From the NCBI GenBank assembly GCA_965116925.1, contig OZ220744.1:6208955-6272954 (forward strand): a stretch of DNA of 64,000 bases. Reading direction: 5' to 3'. The notes under the pieces are model-generated. The model made no database searches. It was not told where the DNA came from and saw only the letters and a program-made list of their open reading frames with translations. A program made the position numbers and the translations under genes. The stretch's first letter is position 1, and every line of letters begins with the position of its first letter. This stretch comes from Candidatus Poribacteria bacterium (GTDB taxonomy: Bacteria > Poribacteria > WGA-4E > PCPOR2b). Shown in pieces: positions 47,178 through 56,445 of this stretch.

Positions 47178-48593
47178 TTAGTATATATCCGTTTTGACTG
47201 CACACGGTACGATGATCGAATCGACCATTCCGTGCAGCACTTTTTTGTCTTCAGGACAGACGGTCGCTTGAATCCCAGCGAGGCGCACCTTTTCACCCAT
47301 GGTAAAATAGTAAGGACGAAGCAGTGCACGCCCCGGCATCCTTTGAACTTCACCCTGCTCAAAATCGTAATAGGTCATGGTGAGACGTTCTGCTCTGTGA
47401 AATTTTTGCAGGATATGAGGGGTTTGGTGAAAACCTGTTAGAGCGTTCTCTACTGCGTCTTCCCAATCTTCGGTGGGAAGGTCATGCCCGATTGAAACCC
47501 CACGACTGCCCCATGCCAATTCAGAGAATCCCGATGGCTTAAGGACAAGTTCCCGTTGACGTTGCGAGACAGGGATGATTTGCCGCCAGTCTGTGACAGG
47601 CAATCCATCGATCTCAAGATCTGGGATAACAGCGTGTGGTGGCAGTTCACGCGGATCGAGCAGCCATGTCTGTGGAATGACGCTCGGTAGGAATTGGTAG
47701 GTCTTCTTGCCAAGTTCTCGTTGCCAGAAGGGTTGGAGGGATGGGTGATGGAACAGGGCAAACATTAGTTTTTCCTCAAGGTATGTCTTGGGCGGTGGGG
47801 TCATGACTACTGTTCGCCTTTTGGCACCGTAGAGCATCAAATCCACCTTGGGGATATTTTTCAGATCAAATAGCTCAAAGAAGCGGTAAAGGACGTCAAT
47901 TTGGACCTTTCCCTCATCCGATTCAAGGAACAACGCATCTTCCGTAAAGATCACGTCGCGGGGTTTGACGGTATAGGCAGCCAAACCGACCTCTCGCAGT
48001 GCCGATTCTAACCACTTCATCTCGTCCCAATAATCCGCGGATTCATCGGACACGACGATTGCTAGCGTGGGGTGTTCAACCTTTGCTAGCGACCTGACCA
48101 TCTCTGCAAAAGCGAGTTGCATCCCATTGCTACCGCCAATGATGTCGTAGTCTAGTTTGGCATATTGTGCCGATAGGCTGCCCGTGAATCCCATACCGCC
48201 GGGGACAGAATCTAATTCAGTGATGGCGAAACCGTCGGGAGTCGGCAAGATGTCAGGACGAATCACTTGCGGCAGTTGACTCTTAAACCGATTCATCCGT
48301 CCGAGTTCTATCACAGACTCAGGTTTTCCCTGATCAAGGTATGCTGCGACCCAATCCGGCTGAATACCACGTACACTCTGCGAGTAGAGCAGATTACAGG
48401 CTTTGTAGAACCGCAAGAGATGTGGCCCAAGTTCCTCAAGCCAATCCAAGTGTTCTTGAAGAATCCAAAATGGCTCCGGCGAAATCCGCCACGTTACATT
48501 GCTATCGGGGTGAACGGCCTTCTGCTCACCGGTGAAGAGCCCCCCTTTGGGAATCTGACTGTTAATAAATAGACACTTTTCTTCAGTGTTCAA
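47178..48593 (-). CDS. Glutathionylspermidine-synthase-like / circularly permuted ATP-grasp protein
   Basis: IRPDIL...F.ITELDSVPGG, LYRFFE, VLKPSG....GSRGV.IG and ILQKF motifs. Confidence 0.6.
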   Translation of the reverse strand: MNTEEKCLFINSQIPKGGLFTGEQKAVHPDSNVTWRISPEPFWILQEHLDWLEELGPHLLRFYKACNLLYSQSVRGIQPDWVAAYLDQGKPESVIELGRMNRFKSQLPQVIRPDILPTPDGFAITELDSVPGGMGFTGSLSAQYAKLDYDIIGGSNGMQLAFAEMVRSLAKVEHPTLAIVVSDESADYWDEMKWLESALREVGLAAYTVKPRDVIFTEDALFLESDEGKVQIDVLYRFFELFDLKNIPKVDLMLYGAKRRTVVMTPPPKTYLEEKLMFALFHHPSLQPFWQRELGKKTYQFLPSVIPQTWLLDPRELPPHAVIPDLEIDGLPVTDWRQIIPVSQRQRELVLKPSGFSELAWGSRGVSIGHDLPTEDWEDAVENALTGFHQTPHILQKFHRAERLTMTYYDFEQGEVQRMPGRALLRPYYFTMGEKVRLAGIQATVCPEDKKVLHGMVDSIIVPCAVKTDIY

Positions 48594-48684
48594 CGAAAAC
48601 TCCTTTATCAGGATTGTCGGATTATCTCAATTCTTTAATCTTTGAATCCCAGTTAAATCTGTTTCATCAACGCTCCAAAATATA

Positions 48685-48713
48685 ACTATAACACTCAGAA
48701 AAAGGGTTGTCAA
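48685..48713 (-). promoter_or_regulatory. sigma70-type promoter for the ATP-grasp gene
   Basis: Minus strand TTGACA-17-TATAGT with TG extension. Confidence 0.6.
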
Positions 48714-48725
48714 ACGAAAATTACC

Positions 48726-48755
48726 TTGACATCTTATCGGTGGGTTTGTTAAAAT
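48726..48755 (+). promoter_or_regulatory. sigma70-type promoter for the aro leader
   Basis: TTGACA-18-TAAAAT with TG extension. Confidence 0.6.
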
Positions 48756-48843
48756 TAAGCGTCTTTGCAAAAAAAAGATTTGCAGACATCTCTAGCAGTT
48801 GATGGAGTTAGGTATCAAATAAAATAGGTACTATAAGAGGCTA

Positions 48844-48969
48844 ATGAAGAATTTCTGCCCACATACCCACATTGCACATCAAACAACGCTGTACTTCCTT
48901 TATCTCTATCTCTTTTTGTTGTATTTGTGCTGCGATGGTGGGCGGGTAGACTTCGCATCGGAGATGTAG
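48844..48969 (+). CDS. Putative Tyr/Phe-rich leader peptide, 41 aa
   Basis: MKNFCPHTHIAHQTTLYFLYLYLFLLYLCCDGGRVDFASEM*, directly upstream of a terminator and DAHP synthase. Confidence 0.55.
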   Translation: MKNFCPHTHIAHQTTLYFLYLYLFLLYLCCDGGRVDFASEM

Positions 48970-48999
48970 AGATTATCCCACATTCAATTGTTCATTGAT

Positions 49000-49040
49000 G
49001 CCCATTATCGAAAACAGGTTCGATGGTGGGCGTTTTTTTT
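49000..49040 (+). terminator. Attenuator terminator
   Basis: 13-bp stem GCCCATTATCGAA/TTCGATGGTGGGC plus 8 T, 23 nt before the aro start codon. Confidence 0.8.
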
Positions 49041-49062
49041 GTCCATAGGAGGCAGTAAAATA

Positions 49063-50127
49063 ATGCAGACCAACGGTACAATTGACAGAAATGTCAAAGA
49101 CTATCAGACCTTGATGAGCCCAAGGCAGCTGCTGACGGATCTTCCAAGAACGGATGCGATGACGCAGACCGTCCAACATGGCAGAACAAGCATCAGAAAC
49201 ATCTTGGATGGCACCGATTCGCGAAAATTCGTTATTGTTGGACCTTGTTCCATTCACGATGCAGAGGTCGCCCACGATTATGCGGCAAGATTGAAAGAGG
49301 TTTCGGACGCCGTTTCGGATCGCGTAGTCGTTATAGTTAGATCCTATTTTGAAAAACCCCGTACCAACTTAGGCTGGAAAGGCTTGATCTACGATCCACA
49401 TCTAAACGGAGCCGGGGATATCAAGGATGGCTTATATATCTCAAGAAGAATATTGATGGATAATCTTGAAATAGGATTGCCGTGCGCCACTGAATATCTC
49501 GAAACCTTCACGCCTCAATATAATTCTGATCTGGTTTCATGGGCGGCTATCGGTGCGCGAACAACTGAATCACCGCAACATAGACAGCTCGCTTCGGGGC
49601 TCTCAATGCCGGTTGGCTTCAAAAACAGCACTCAGGGCGACATCTCCGTCGCGGTCAATGCGATTCTATCTGCAAACGGCGAACACTCTTTTCTGGGAAT
49701 TGATGGATATGGTGCTCCCTCTGTTGTACGAACAACGGGCAATCCATATACCCATATTGTGATACGGGGGAGCAATACGGGTGTAAATTATGATTCACAA
49801 AGCGTTCAGGATATCCAAGAGATGCTGACGGAAGAAGATCTGCCTCCAAATGTGGTGATAGATTGTAGTCACGGAAATTCAGAGAAAGATTACAGCAAGC
49901 AGCCCGCTGTTTTTGAGGAAATATTAAAACAGATTCGTGATGGAAATGATGGGATTGTAGGGATTATGCTGGAATCAAATATTAACGCTGGGAGTCAGAA
50001 AATACCTTCTGACTTAACAGGGTTTGATCGATCCACGCTTGAATACGGCGTTTCCGTCACCGATAGTTGTATTGATTTGGAGACGACCGCTTCACTGCTT
50101 AAGGCTGCACATAAAAGCCTAGCGTAG
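49063..50127 (+). CDS. aroG: 3-deoxy-7-phosphoheptulonate (DAHP) synthase, class I-alpha
   Basis: GPCSIHD, YFEKPRT, IGARTTES..HR, GFKN and DCSHGNS motifs; AGGAGG RBS. The aroG/F/H isoform cannot be resolved. Confidence 0.92.
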   Translation: MQTNGTIDRNVKDYQTLMSPRQLLTDLPRTDAMTQTVQHGRTSIRNILDGTDSRKFVIVGPCSIHDAEVAHDYAARLKEVSDAVSDRVVVIVRSYFEKPRTNLGWKGLIYDPHLNGAGDIKDGLYISRRILMDNLEIGLPCATEYLETFTPQYNSDLVSWAAIGARTTESPQHRQLASGLSMPVGFKNSTQGDISVAVNAILSANGEHSFLGIDGYGAPSVVRTTGNPYTHIVIRGSNTGVNYDSQSVQDIQEMLTEEDLPPNVVIDCSHGNSEKDYSKQPAVFEEILKQIRDGNDGIVGIMLESNINAGSQKIPSDLTGFDRSTLEYGVSVTDSCIDLETTASLLKAAHKSLA

Positions 50128-50192
50128 AGGCATCCCTTGTGGTGGTCCTATGGCTTAAAAAACCATTCGGAAGAGGTAAGGAGAAGCTCCCT

Positions 50193-50960
50193 ATGGCATG
50201 GTACGAAACCTTCTTTGATGAGAACTACCTCAAGGAGTATGAGAAAGGGCTTACGCCTGAGCGAGCCCAGAAAGAGGTAAACTTCATCAACAGTGCGCTG
50301 AATCTCCCGCCAGCTGCTCCTGATGCAACCGGGGGTGCGCGAATTCTGGATCTTTGTTGTGGGCACGGAAGGCACACGGTTGAGCTCGCAGCAGCAGGCT
50401 ATTCAATGGTCGGGCAGGACCTTTCAGCCACCTTCCTCGATCTTGCGAAAGATGCCGCTGCAGCGCGCAATCTTCAGATTCAGTTCGTCCATGCGGATAT
50501 GAGAAAGATTCCATTTGAAGATGAGTTTGATGCGATCATCAATATGTTCACGGCTTTCGGCTACTTCGACGACGATATGGAGGATCAGAAAGTCCTCAAC
50601 GCCGTTGGGAGAGCGTTAAAGTCGAGGGGTAAGTTCCTCATAGATCTCCTCAACACCCCGCGGATTATCCGCGACTTTCGCGCTCAAAGTTGGGAAGAAC
50701 TTTCAGATGGTACATTTGTCCTTACCCAACGGGATTATAATCTCCTGACAGGGAATAACGAAGAGCTTCGCGCCTACATTGCTCCTGACGGGAAGGTGCA
50801 CAAAGTTCACTTGACTTGTCGGCTGTATTTCTATACTGAGTTGGCAAAGATGCTCAACCGTGCAGACCTGACGCCGATTCAAGTGTTCGGCGATTATGAT
50901 GGCAGCGAGTACACATGGGATTCAAGGCGGATGATTGTTTTGGCTGAAAAAACAGTGTGA
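50193..50960 (+). CDS. Class I SAM-dependent methyltransferase
   Basis: ILDLCCGHGRH, GQDLS, ADMR, FTAFGYF; AAGGAG RBS. Confidence 0.92.
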   Translation: MAWYETFFDENYLKEYEKGLTPERAQKEVNFINSALNLPPAAPDATGGARILDLCCGHGRHTVELAAAGYSMVGQDLSATFLDLAKDAAAARNLQIQFVHADMRKIPFEDEFDAIINMFTAFGYFDDDMEDQKVLNAVGRALKSRGKFLIDLLNTPRIIRDFRAQSWEELSDGTFVLTQRDYNLLTGNNEELRAYIAPDGKVHKVHLTCRLYFYTELAKMLNRADLTPIQVFGDYDGSEYTWDSRRMIVLAEKTV

Positions 50961-51013
50961 AACATAAGGGCATCTAAAAGGAGTAGGTCAAAACATTAAA
51001 AGAAAATCCTCTA

Positions 51014-51051
51014 TCACGTTTTACGTTTCACGCATCACGACACGCATCACG
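51014..51051 (+). repeat. Heptamer array
   Basis: TCACGTT TTACGTT TCACGCA TCACGA CACGCA TCACG. Confidence 0.7.
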
Positions 51052-51178
51052 AAAGGAGGTGATGAAGGTGGGGTTGACGGCTACCGAAGAACCGGATTTA
51101 CGTGATACCGAAGACAATTTGACATCGTTAGAACAGCGGACGGAACATAGCATAATTACAAAAAAGGAGAATCACACA

Positions 51179-52713
51179 GTGTCTGAGAAAGTTTATATTT
51201 TTGATACAACCCTGCGAGATGCCGAGCAAACACCCGGTGCCGCACTGAATCTTGAGGAAAAGCTGGAAATAGCGAAACATCTCGCAAAGCTGCAAGTCGA
51301 TATTATCGAAGCCGGCTTCCCCGTCTCATCACCCGGCGATTTCGATGCAGTGACACGTATTTCCAATGAGGTTGAAGGACCAGAAATTTGTGCGCTTTCA
51401 CGCGTGGTCGAGAAAGACATTACCGCGGCGTGGGGGGCGATTAAAGACGCACGGAAACCTCGTATTCACACGTTTGTTGGTACATCACCCATTCACCGAG
51501 AACGCATCACACGGACCTCTCCGAAGAGACACTACAGATGGCAATTGATGCCGTCACCTACGCGAAAGATCTATCTGCCGGACACCCCGGTGCAGTTATC
51601 GAATTTTCGCCGATGGACGCCGGACGCACGGAGCCAAGCTATCTTTATGAAGTGGTCGAGGCGACAATTGCGGCGGGGGCGACAGTTGTGAACATCCCTG
51701 AAACGGTGGGCTGGACTGTACCGGCTGAATTCGGAAAACTGATCGCGGACATCAAAGCGAATGTCCCGAACATCGATCAAGCGATTATCAGTGTCCACTG
51801 CCATAACGACCTCGGATTCGCTGTTGCGAACAGTATCGCGGCGATTGAAAACGGGGCAAGGCAGGTTGAGTGCACGATCAACGGACTCGGCGAACGCGCC
51901 GGCAACACCTCGCTTGAAGAGGTTGTGATGGCAATCCGAACCCGTCGAGACTATTACGGCGACTACTATACCGACATCAATACGAAAGAGATCGTTCCGA
52001 TTAGCCGTCGCGTCAGCCGGACGATGGGCATACCTGTCCAACCGAACAAAGCCATCGTCGGTGAGAATGCGTTTGCACACAGTTCTGGCATCCATCAAGA
52101 TGGTGTTATTAAGCAGCGAGATACCTTCGAGATTATTGATCCGGCAGATGTCGGCTGGCAAGAGAGTCAGATCATCCTCAGCCCGCGGTCCGGGCGCAAC
52201 GCACTCAGGCACCGTCTGAATGCACTCGGTTATGAAGTGACGCAAAAGCAACTCGAAAAAGTCTATGAACGATTCCTCAGCGTCGCCGATAAGAAAAAAG
52301 AGGTTCACGATGCCGATCTTGAAGCGATCATGAGAGACGAGGTTCGCTCGATTCCTGAAACCTTCCAATTGGAATACATTCAGGTGGTCAGCGGGACCAA
52401 AATCTCTTCAACAACGACGGTGGGCGTCCGTACCGAAACGGGCATCGTTGAGGAAGCCTCCACCGGCGATGGTCCCGTTGATGCAGCCTACAAGGCAATT
52501 GATCGGGTCGCCAAGATTCCCCTACTGCTCACAGACTACAACATCAGAGCTGTGACCGAGGGAAAGGATGCCATCGGTGAGGTCACAATCAGGGTGCAGG
52601 ACAACGGGCATGTAATTATTGGGCATGGTGCTAGCACGGACATTATTGAAGCGAGCGCGAAAGCCTACATTGATGCCATCAACAAGGTTGTCCACCTGCG
52701 CTACGAAGAATAA
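51179..52713 (+). pseudogene. leuA: 2-isopropylmalate synthase, split by a 1-nt deletion near 51513 (possibly an assembly error)
   Basis: [38 protein letters not shown] and C-terminal GDGPVDA motifs. Adding one G gives a contiguous [14 protein letters not shown]. Confidence 0.85.
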
Positions 52714-52734
52714 GATCAGAAATCCATAAACAAG

Positions 52735-52777
52735 AAAGCCGTAGGGGCACGATATACTGTGTCTCTACGGCTTTTTT
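52735..52777 (+). terminator. REP-derived intrinsic terminator after leuA
   Basis: AAAGCCGTAG(GGGCAC..GTGTCT)CTACGGCTTTTTT. Confidence 0.75.
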
Positions 52778-52943
52778 ATTTTATCGGTTGATAACCCAAG
52801 TTGCTTAGACATTAACCACCTATCTGCTATTCGTGAATTTACTTGTCCCTTCCGCTCACTCTTGTTCCGTTATCGCTCTCCATAGAAACCTCTCAGCAAG
52901 TAGTCCGACTGTATAGGATTCAGACAATTTTTAGAAAAAAGTC

Positions 52944-52970
52944 GAACTTTTTATCCTACCGTTTGCCTAA
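52944..52970 (+). promoter_or_regulatory. Possible ECF (sigmaE-like) promoter
   Basis: GAACTT-16 nt-CCTAA, 70 nt before the exported-protein cluster. Confidence 0.4.
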
Positions 52971-53039
52971 CCATGACGAAAATCGATTTTCATAAGCCAG
53001 CAGTAAACTCATTCTACTTTTCTTATGGAGGAAAATATC

Positions 53040-53654
53040 ATGTTTTTCGCTTTGCAGAAGCCCAACCTATCAAGCCCCAAATTGAATCGTTCACTCGTAG
53101 CCATATTTATCATCGGTTTTGTACTATCAAGTGCATATTTCATTTCAGCACAAGAGGACACACGTCCCGATCGTTCCGATCTCCAACAGCAGAGGCGTGG
53201 GGAACGAGGCGAAGGGCGCAGGGGGCAATTTGATCCTGCACAGATGGCAGAACGACAAACCGAACGCGCTATTGAGGGTTTGAACTTGTCTGATGAAGAA
53301 GCCACTATTCTCGTGCCGAAAATCAAAGCCATTGCACAGCATCGCCTGCAACAACGTCAAGATTTGCGCCCATTTACACAAACCCTGCGCACATCGGTTG
53401 ATGATGGGGATAGCACACAAATCAAAGCCGCACTGAAATCTTTCAAAGCGCATCAGGCTGCACAGAAGGAAAAAGCCGAAGCACTAGAGAAAGATCTCGT
53501 TGAACTGCTAACTGTGCGCCAAGAAGCGCAGTTGACCATCGCTGGTATTGTCAACAATGAGAGTGGATTCGGCGGATTTGGCGGTCGTCGGGGACGACTC
53601 GGTGACGGAGAGAGACGTCGTGGTAACCGACCGGATAGACCACGGGGTAATTAA
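53040..53654 (+). CDS. Exported helical protein with Gly/Arg-rich segments
   Basis: GGAGG RBS, signal/TM segment, helical core, GFGGFGGRRG tail. Confidence 0.7.
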   Translation: MFFALQKPNLSSPKLNRSLVAIFIIGFVLSSAYFISAQEDTRPDRSDLQQQRRGERGEGRRGQFDPAQMAERQTERAIEGLNLSDEEATILVPKIKAIAQHRLQQRQDLRPFTQTLRTSVDDGDSTQIKAALKSFKAHQAAQKEKAEALEKDLVELLTVRQEAQLTIAGIVNNESGFGGFGGRRGRLGDGERRRGNRPDRPRGN

Positions 53655-53758
53655 TAGTATGGCAATTTGAGGAAGCGGCTAAGGGGACAATAGAGATGTA
53701 CCTTCCCTTTAGCCGCTTCTCCTTGAACATAACACATCTAAGGTTGAGGGAGATACCA

Positions 53759-54274
53759 ATGAACCTTCAAACACTGTTCAGCGGATTTATCTTTGTCATC
53801 ATGATATTCGTCATATCTGCGTGTGGAGGCACAAAGTTGCTTGATATTGAAAAAACTTCAAGCGTCTTAAATCTCTCAGACACTCAACGCAGGATAGTAC
53901 AATCCAAGGTGCAACAGATTGATGAGATTGTTGAGGATTATGAATTAGAGAAGGAAACATTGGAAGCCGGGTTCGCGGAAAGGCAAAATCAGATGCGTGC
54001 CGGTAGTGGCTTTGGTGGTCGTGGGAGCGGCGGGAGGCGTGGTGGTTCTCAGAATCAAATGCAGGTATTCTATCAGCAGCGTGCAGCTTTCCAAAAACAG
54101 ATTGAAGCCTTAGTCGCAGAAATTCACGAAGTCCTCAACGAAGAACAAAAAGAAAAATTCTTGGACATCAAACTGCCCGAACTAAAATTGCCGGAAATGG
54201 GACGTAGGGGCGGATTTGGTGGTGGTCGCAGACGGGGTGGAGGTCAAGGTGGATTTGGCGGTCTGGGCGGATAA
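53759..54274 (+). CDS. Putative lipoprotein, helical, Gly/Arg-rich
   Basis: Lipobox-like ISAC; L.LSDTQ and LNEEQKEKF helical repeats; RGG-rich tail. Confidence 0.7.
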   Translation: MNLQTLFSGFIFVIMIFVISACGGTKLLDIEKTSSVLNLSDTQRRIVQSKVQQIDEIVEDYELEKETLEAGFAERQNQMRAGSGFGGRGSGGRRGGSQNQMQVFYQQRAAFQKQIEALVAEIHEVLNEEQKEKFLDIKLPELKLPEMGRRGGFGGGRRRGGGQGGFGGLGG

Positions 54275-54339
54275 CCGGCGAACCGATGCTATGCACCAAA
54301 TGTCTGAAATCCGCAATTTGTATTCAAAGCTGTACCACT

Positions 54340-54447
54340 TATAGTAGATTTTAGAATTAATGGGACACTCCAAATCGGCGCAGTTAGAAACAGCGCCTAC
54401 CAAACATGGGGAGCGAAAGTGTTTATTTATTTTTTGAATTCACTATA
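54340..54447 (+). mobile_element. 108-bp MITE, copy D
   Basis: Near-identical to 19586-19693. Confidence 0.85.
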
Positions 54448-54477
54448 AATATCCTAAACTCACATTGGGGAGATAAC

Positions 54478-55740
54478 ATGATACGAAGATTTAACCGTTC
54501 AGCAAACATATTTTTTTATATTATGATTGTGCTTATGAGCAGCAGTATAGTCGGGGCGGAAGAGCACGAATCAATAACTCAAATGGAATGGCATCAATGG
54601 CGAGGAGCGAATCGGGATGGGGTATCTCTCGAAACGGGGATCCTCAAGGCGTGGTCAGAAGCGGGGCCAAAAGAGTTGTGGCGGCTCCCACTTGGCGAGG
54701 GCTTTTCAGGAATCTCAGTTGCAAACGGACGTGCCTATACCATGTTCGCCAAAGGAGAGGACGAGGTTGTCGTATGCCTTGATGCGGAAACCGGAAAGGA
54801 GCTTTGGCGCTATCTTGATGACTGGTTTTACGCGGAACGTCAGGGTGGAAACGGACCGCGCTCCACACCAACGATTGATGGCGATACGGTTTACGTCCTG
54901 AGTGCTTTTGGTCGGCTTGTTGCACTCAACGCAAATACAGGAGAAGAACTCTGGGGCCACGATTTCACAAAAGCATTTTCGAGCTCAATGCCGCGCTGGG
55001 GTTTCTCGACATCACCCATTATTGAGGATAATCGGCTGCTCATTGAGGCCGGCGGCGCAAGCGACAACGCTATTGTTGCTTTTAACAAAGAGAGTGGAGA
55101 GCGTATTTGGGGGATGGCGACTTCGCCTTCCAGCTACTCCTCCCCGATTCTTGTGACCGTCAACGGTGTCCGGCAGGCACTCTTTTTCGCGCGGGATGAA
55201 CTCCTCGCTGTTTCACCTGAAGATGGAAGCGTGTATTGGCGTTATCCGTGGTATGGTGGGCGAAATAGCGATAATCGTGTAACACCCGTATTCATCTCAC
55301 CTGATAAGGTCTTTATCTCCTCTCGTAGTGGTGATGCCGGGGTTGTCCTACGGATTGCCGGGACAGATGACGATATGCGCGTCGAAGAGGTGTGGCGAAG
55401 CCATACGATGATTAATGGCTTTTCCACAACCGTACTTCATGAAGGTTACATCTACGGTTTCTCAAACACCATCTTTAAGTGTGTCAATGCTGATACAGGC
55501 GAGGAAAAGTGGAAGACCCGCGGCTTCGGTCAAGGCACGGTTATCTATGCGGATCATCATCTTATCGTCCTCGGTGAACATGGGAACCTCGCGCTCGTTG
55601 AAGCGACTCCGGAAGCGTACCGTGAAATTGCACAGACGCAAGTCCTTTCCGGACGGTGCTGGACTGCTCCCACACTATCTGGCGGTAAACTTTACCTGCG
55701 AAACCATCAAGAGATAGTCTGTCTGGATCTAAGAGACTAG
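54478..55740 (+). CDS. PQQ-binding-like beta-propeller protein
   Basis: W.QWRG.NRDG, repeated LDA.TG.ELW, WTAP...G.LYLR; signal peptide from ATG 54478. Confidence 0.88.
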   Translation: MIRRFNRSANIFFYIMIVLMSSSIVGAEEHESITQMEWHQWRGANRDGVSLETGILKAWSEAGPKELWRLPLGEGFSGISVANGRAYTMFAKGEDEVVVCLDAETGKELWRYLDDWFYAERQGGNGPRSTPTIDGDTVYVLSAFGRLVALNANTGEELWGHDFTKAFSSSMPRWGFSTSPIIEDNRLLIEAGGASDNAIVAFNKESGERIWGMATSPSSYSSPILVTVNGVRQALFFARDELLAVSPEDGSVYWRYPWYGGRNSDNRVTPVFISPDKVFISSRSGDAGVVLRIAGTDDDMRVEEVWRSHTMINGFSTTVLHEGYIYGFSNTIFKCVNADTGEEKWKTRGFGQGTVIYADHHLIVLGEHGNLALVEATPEAYREIAQTQVLSGRCWTAPTLSGGKLYLRNHQEIVCLDLRD

Positions 55741-55752
55741 GGAGAATAGTCG

Positions 55753-56445
55753 GTGAAAAATATTATCGCCTTATTAATTGTGAGTGTTACCATTTTGGGA
55801 TTCATCATATATTTCATTATGTCCAAGATGGTACAGAGCGATACAATCCTCAAATCGTTTCAACTTCCACAAAAAGTACATCCATCTAAGCCCGCTTTCT
55901 CCGAATCAGAGCGGGCTTTTCCACTTTCCCCGGAACTAAAGGATTACGAGGTTATTGCTGAAAACGACCTATTTCGACCGCTCGGTTGGAAAAAGGAGAT
56001 CCAATCGCTGGAGGAACCCACCCCTACAGTTATCCCTGAACCGATTGTTGAAATACTGCCACCGCCGCCGACCTATACACTGGTCCTGACTGGAATCGCC
56101 AAAAGTGGTTCGGATTGGATTGCCGTTGTCGAAGACCTGAAGCGAGACGAAGGCGCATTTCTCCGACGCGGTGAGATGCTAAAGGATGTGCGCGTACAAA
56201 ATATTATGTCCGAACATATCACGCTAACTCGCGGCGAGATGACCGTTCAACTCGCTCTAGGAGAAAGTATTGAATATGGAATAGATGAACGGCTGCGCTT
56301 CGATACCGCTGGGGCAGTGAAAATGCCAGAGCTTCCCAACAAAACGGACGCGCTTTCGCAAACACAAGCGTATAGTGGGGATGACGGTGAACAAAGTCTT
56401 ATTGAACGGATGCGAGCAAGGAGAAGAGAGGAGTTAAATCAATGA
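55753..56445 (+). CDS. Type II secretion GspC-like (HR-domain) membrane protein
   Basis: N-terminal TM, NDLF.P, Pro-rich linker, L.LTGI......AVVE.......LRRGE; ATGA overlap with the secretin. Confidence 0.55.
   Translation: MKNIIALLIVSVTILGFIIYFIMSKMVQSDTILKSFQLPQKVHPSKPAFSESERAFPLSPELKDYEVIAENDLFRPLGWKKEIQSLEEPTPTVIPEPIVEILPPPPTYTLVLTGIAKSGSDWIAVVEDLKRDEGAFLRRGEMLKDVRVQNIMSEHITLTRGEMTVQLALGESIEYGIDERLRFDTAGAVKMPELPNKTDALSQTQAYSGDDGEQSLIERMRARRREELNQ

Noticed and set aside
48988-49062. N-terminal extension of DAHP synthase in the ORF track
   Set aside because: It runs through the terminator hairpin; the AGGAGG RBS points to ATG 49063.
51052-51178. Leucine attenuator or leader before leuA (strong AAAGGAGG at 51052)
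   Set aside because: The upstream ORF is in frame with leuA, has no Leu run and no terminator hairpin. At most it is an alternative N-terminal extension.
51500-51545. Programmed ribosomal frameshift in leuA
   Set aside because: No slippery heptamer or stimulatory structure; a one-base deletion explains the break.
54406-54477. MGSESV... N-termini (also ORF 19652-19942, and the related extension at 41059)
   Set aside because: They derive from MITE or MITE-end sequence. The true starts have their own RBS or signal peptide, and 19652-19942 is antisense to the PIN gene.
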